This document shows positions 40,175 to 41,533 of a DNA stretch of 41,533 bases, in pieces. Location of the stretch: the IMG/VR virus record IMGVR_UViG_3300045988_141214, positions 1-41,533 of that record; one strand, given 5' to 3'. Numbering within the stretch: the first letter of the stretch is position 1; every line of letters starts with the position of its first letter. Position numbers and translations under genes: made by a program. The stretch comes from a virus. The notes beneath the pieces are model-generated. The model worked only from the letters and a program-made list of their open reading frames with translations, had not been told where the DNA came from and did no database searches.

Positions 40175-40354
40175 ATGACCAAGACAAAGCGAGACGTTGA
40201 GTGCGAGGTCATCGACTACGTTTCCGTGAACTTCAGCCCAGACGAGTGGGACATCGAGTCAATCGTCGACGAGATCTGGCGCAGTGGCCACGAGTCAATC
40301 TCGGAGATGGACCAGGACGAGCTCACTGACCTGCTCATCAAGCACGAGCGCTAG
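40175..40354 (+). CDS. small acidic hypothetical protein (59 aa, below cutoff)
   Basis: MTKTKRDVECEVIDYVSVNFSPDEWDIESIVDEIWRSGHESISEMDQDELTDLLIKHER, with GAAAGGA upstream. The overlapping track ORFs 40284-40538 (+) and 40295-40555 (-) look like shadows. Confidence 0.5.
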   Translation: MTKTKRDVECEVIDYVSVNFSPDEWDIESIVDEIWRSGHESISEMDQDELTDLLIKHER

Positions 40355-40378
40355 ACCCCGCTCACCGAACCGAACCCC

Positions 40379-40409
40379 AGCGCGGCGGGAAATGTCCGCC
40401 CGCCGCGCT
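40379..40409 (+). terminator. GC hairpin (weak terminator/attenuator candidate)
   Basis: AGCGCGGCGGG pairs with CCCGCCGCGCT, an 11-bp stem with a 9-nt loop and no U-tract. Confidence 0.3.
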
Positions 40410-40432
40410 ATCATCATCCCAGGAGGTAAACC

Positions 40433-40834
40433 ATGTGCAACCACACAGGCATCAAGTCCCGAAAGCCGCGCTTCAACGTGGACGGCCTGCCAATCGAGAT
40501 CTTCGCCACCGACCAGCCAGGCGAGGCCTACGTCGTGACGGAGCCCGCCACGCACCCGGTCGGCTACCTATTCCGCCGATTCAACTCGTGCGAGATGACA
40601 TGCGACGCGATCGACGAGGACCTGACGCGAGCCGACCTGAAGGCCATGGAGCTGCTGTCTCCCGGCAAGGCCCCGAAGGTCGGCACAGACCTCGGCGACG
40701 CCCTCTGGGCCATGATGATGGGCCTGGTGGGAGCCTCGACCCTTGCGGGACGCCCGCTCGACGAGGGCTTCCACCACGACGAACCCAAGCCCAAGCACAA
40801 GGCGCGCACGAGCTCGAAGTCCATCCGTTACTAG
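40433..40834 (+). CDS. hypothetical protein
   Basis: 133-aa ORF with CAGGAGG 6 nt upstream. Confidence 0.55.
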   Translation: MCNHTGIKSRKPRFNVDGLPIEIFATDQPGEAYVVTEPATHPVGYLFRRFNSCEMTCDAIDEDLTRADLKAMELLSPGKAPKVGTDLGDALWAMMMGLVGASTLAGRPLDEGFHHDEPKPKHKARTSSKSIRY

Positions 40835-40852
40835 AGACAGGCAAGGAGACTA

Positions 40853-41050
40853 ATGCCCTCCCCCAAGTACAAGGCCGCCAACGGCAAACGGTACCTGATC
40901 GAGCCAGTCCCCGACATCCTCACGGGCGAGACCATCGGCTACCGCGCGAGCGGCCCAGACGGCCTAGAGTGCCCCGAGGAGGGCGACCCCGCTGTGGTTG
41001 TCCTCCACCCCACCGAAAAGGCCGTGAAGGCCTATCTGGACGCCATGTAG
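40853..41050 (+). CDS. hypothetical protein
   Basis: 65-aa ORF with AAGGAGA 5 nt upstream. Confidence 0.5.
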   Translation: MPSPKYKAANGKRYLIEPVPDILTGETIGYRASGPDGLECPEEGDPAVVVLHPTEKAVKAYLDAM

Positions 41051-41065
41051 GGCCAAACGAAAGAA

Positions 41066-41100
41066 CCCCCATCGGGACAGCCCGGTGGGGGTTTTGCTTT
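41066..41100 (+). terminator. rho-independent terminator ending the rightward gene block
   Basis: CCCCCATCGGG ACAG CCCGGTGGGGG forms an 11-bp stem with one G-U pair, followed by TTTTGCTTT. Confidence 0.75.
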
Positions 41101-41356
41101 AGAGGGAGAAGGGCCACGGCGCGTCCACTGCGGCCCCGTCGCTCCGAGCCGATCCCAACAGGAGCGGCGACGCCATGGGCAGCGAGCAACACTCGGGCGC
41201 ATGGCTCCATCATCGTATCACAGACGAACCAGAGCCCGATAAGGGCATGGGTAGGATCTGGGACACGTCGGTGACTGGCATGGCCTCCCCTTTCAGAGCC
41301 GAACCCGAGGACTCGAGACCACCCTACACTTCCTTGCAACCTCAACCAGACCTTAC

Positions 41357-41411
41357 TTGTCCACAGGTTATCAACAGGTTATCAACAATGTGCAGGTTAA
41401 GGTTTTCCACA
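41357..41411 (+). promoter_or_regulatory. cluster of four DnaA-box-like 9-mers
   Basis: TTGTCCACA (41357-41365), TTATCAACA (41368-41376 and 41379-41387) and TTTTCCACA (41403-41411). Each differs from TTATCCACA at one position and all have the same orientation. Confidence 0.6.
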
Positions 41412-41427
41412 ATGGGGGCCGTCTGCG

Positions 41428-41459
41428 CTCTTTGTTTCTTTGTTTGTTTCTTTGTTTCT
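41428..41459 (+). repeat. T-rich CTTTGTTT-type repeat tract (DNA-unwinding-element candidate)
   Basis: ctctttgtttctttgtttgtttctttgtttct lies between the DnaA-like boxes and the 25-bp array. Confidence 0.6.
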
Positions 41460-41479
41460 AATGTTTGGCATACACGACG

Positions 41480-41533
41480 CATATGCTAGCCGCATTGCTA
41501 CGTGCATATGCTAGCCGCATTGCTACGTGCATA
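41480..41533 (+). repeat. right part of the 25-bp tandem repeat array
   Basis: Full units at 41480-41504 and 41505-41529, then a partial CATA. nt 41496-41533 are identical to nt 1-38. Confidence 0.95.

Larger units (their letters stand above)
1..41533. mobile_element. Apparently complete temperate siphovirus-type phage genome (circularly closed or terminally redundant contig)
   Basis: nt 1-38 are identical to nt 41496-41533. Lysogeny, recombination, packaging, head, tail and lysis modules are all present. No recognisable host housekeeping genes at either end. Confidence 0.8.

Noticed and set aside
40435-41274. 279-aa + strand ORF. The ORFs 40920-41345 (-), 41175-41489 (+), 40284-40538 (+) and 40295-40555 (-) were considered with it.
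   Set aside because: Their composition is Arg/Pro/Gly-rich. They run through a clear rho-independent terminator (41066-41100) or overlap better RBS-preceded ORFs in another frame.

Overview
The window is one high-GC phage genome of about 41.5 kb. It looks like a complete temperate siphovirus-type genome. The first 38 nt are identical to the last 38 nt, so the contig is circularly closed or terminally redundant, and I see no host flanks.

Layout:
- **Origin-like region, across the window junction (41357-41533 plus 1-84).** Four DnaA-box-like 9-mers, a T-rich tract and a 25-bp tandem iteron array.
- **Long leftward early operon (13221 down to 115).** Cro-like repressor, Bro-N/KilAC antirepressor, tRNA-Arg(CCT), SPFH membrane protein, HNH endonuclease, RusA, YqaJ exonuclease, RecT, SSB, mIHF-like protein, MazG-like protein, DUF3310 protein, Lar, and many small Zn-ribbon or Myb-like proteins.
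- **Rightward lysogeny module (13337-15797).** CI/S24 repressor, lipoprotein and tyrosine integrase, followed by a candidate attP.
- **Leftward late operon (37857 down to 19780).** TerS, TerL, portal, ClpP-like protease, HK97-type capsid, connector, major tail, G/G-T chaperones with a canonical -1 slippery heptamer, tape measure, minor tail proteins and fibres.
- **Lysis cassette (17898-16221).** Membrane protein, phi-LC3-type holin, amidase endolysin and a 25-aa TM peptide.
- **Second switch region and a rightward block of small unknown genes (38182-41050).**

The mIHF-like gene and the GC content point to an Actinomycetota host. That is inference only.

The standout feature lies between the tail-fibre genes and the lysis cassette. 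A small XerC/D-like tyrosine recombinase (18086-18967) is followed directly by four promoterless, RBS-less ORF cassettes on the + strand. Each cassette starts at a TTCCGTA-core repeat. An inverted copy of that repeat sits inside the expressed tail-fibre tip gene on the - strand (19780-20310). This is the architecture of a multi-inversion shufflon, and it would swap the C-terminal tip of the fibre among five alternatives.

Secondary oddities:
- Two in-frame TAG codons interrupt conserved motifs, in the antirepressor and in a CxxC Zn-ribbon gene.
- A 1-nt frame break splits the mIHF-like gene.
- A structured GC/AT-alternating region lies upstream of terS and is a cos/pac candidate.
- Several real-looking ORFs fall below the 60-aa cutoff of the ORF track.

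All family names come from motif recognition by eye. No database search was run.
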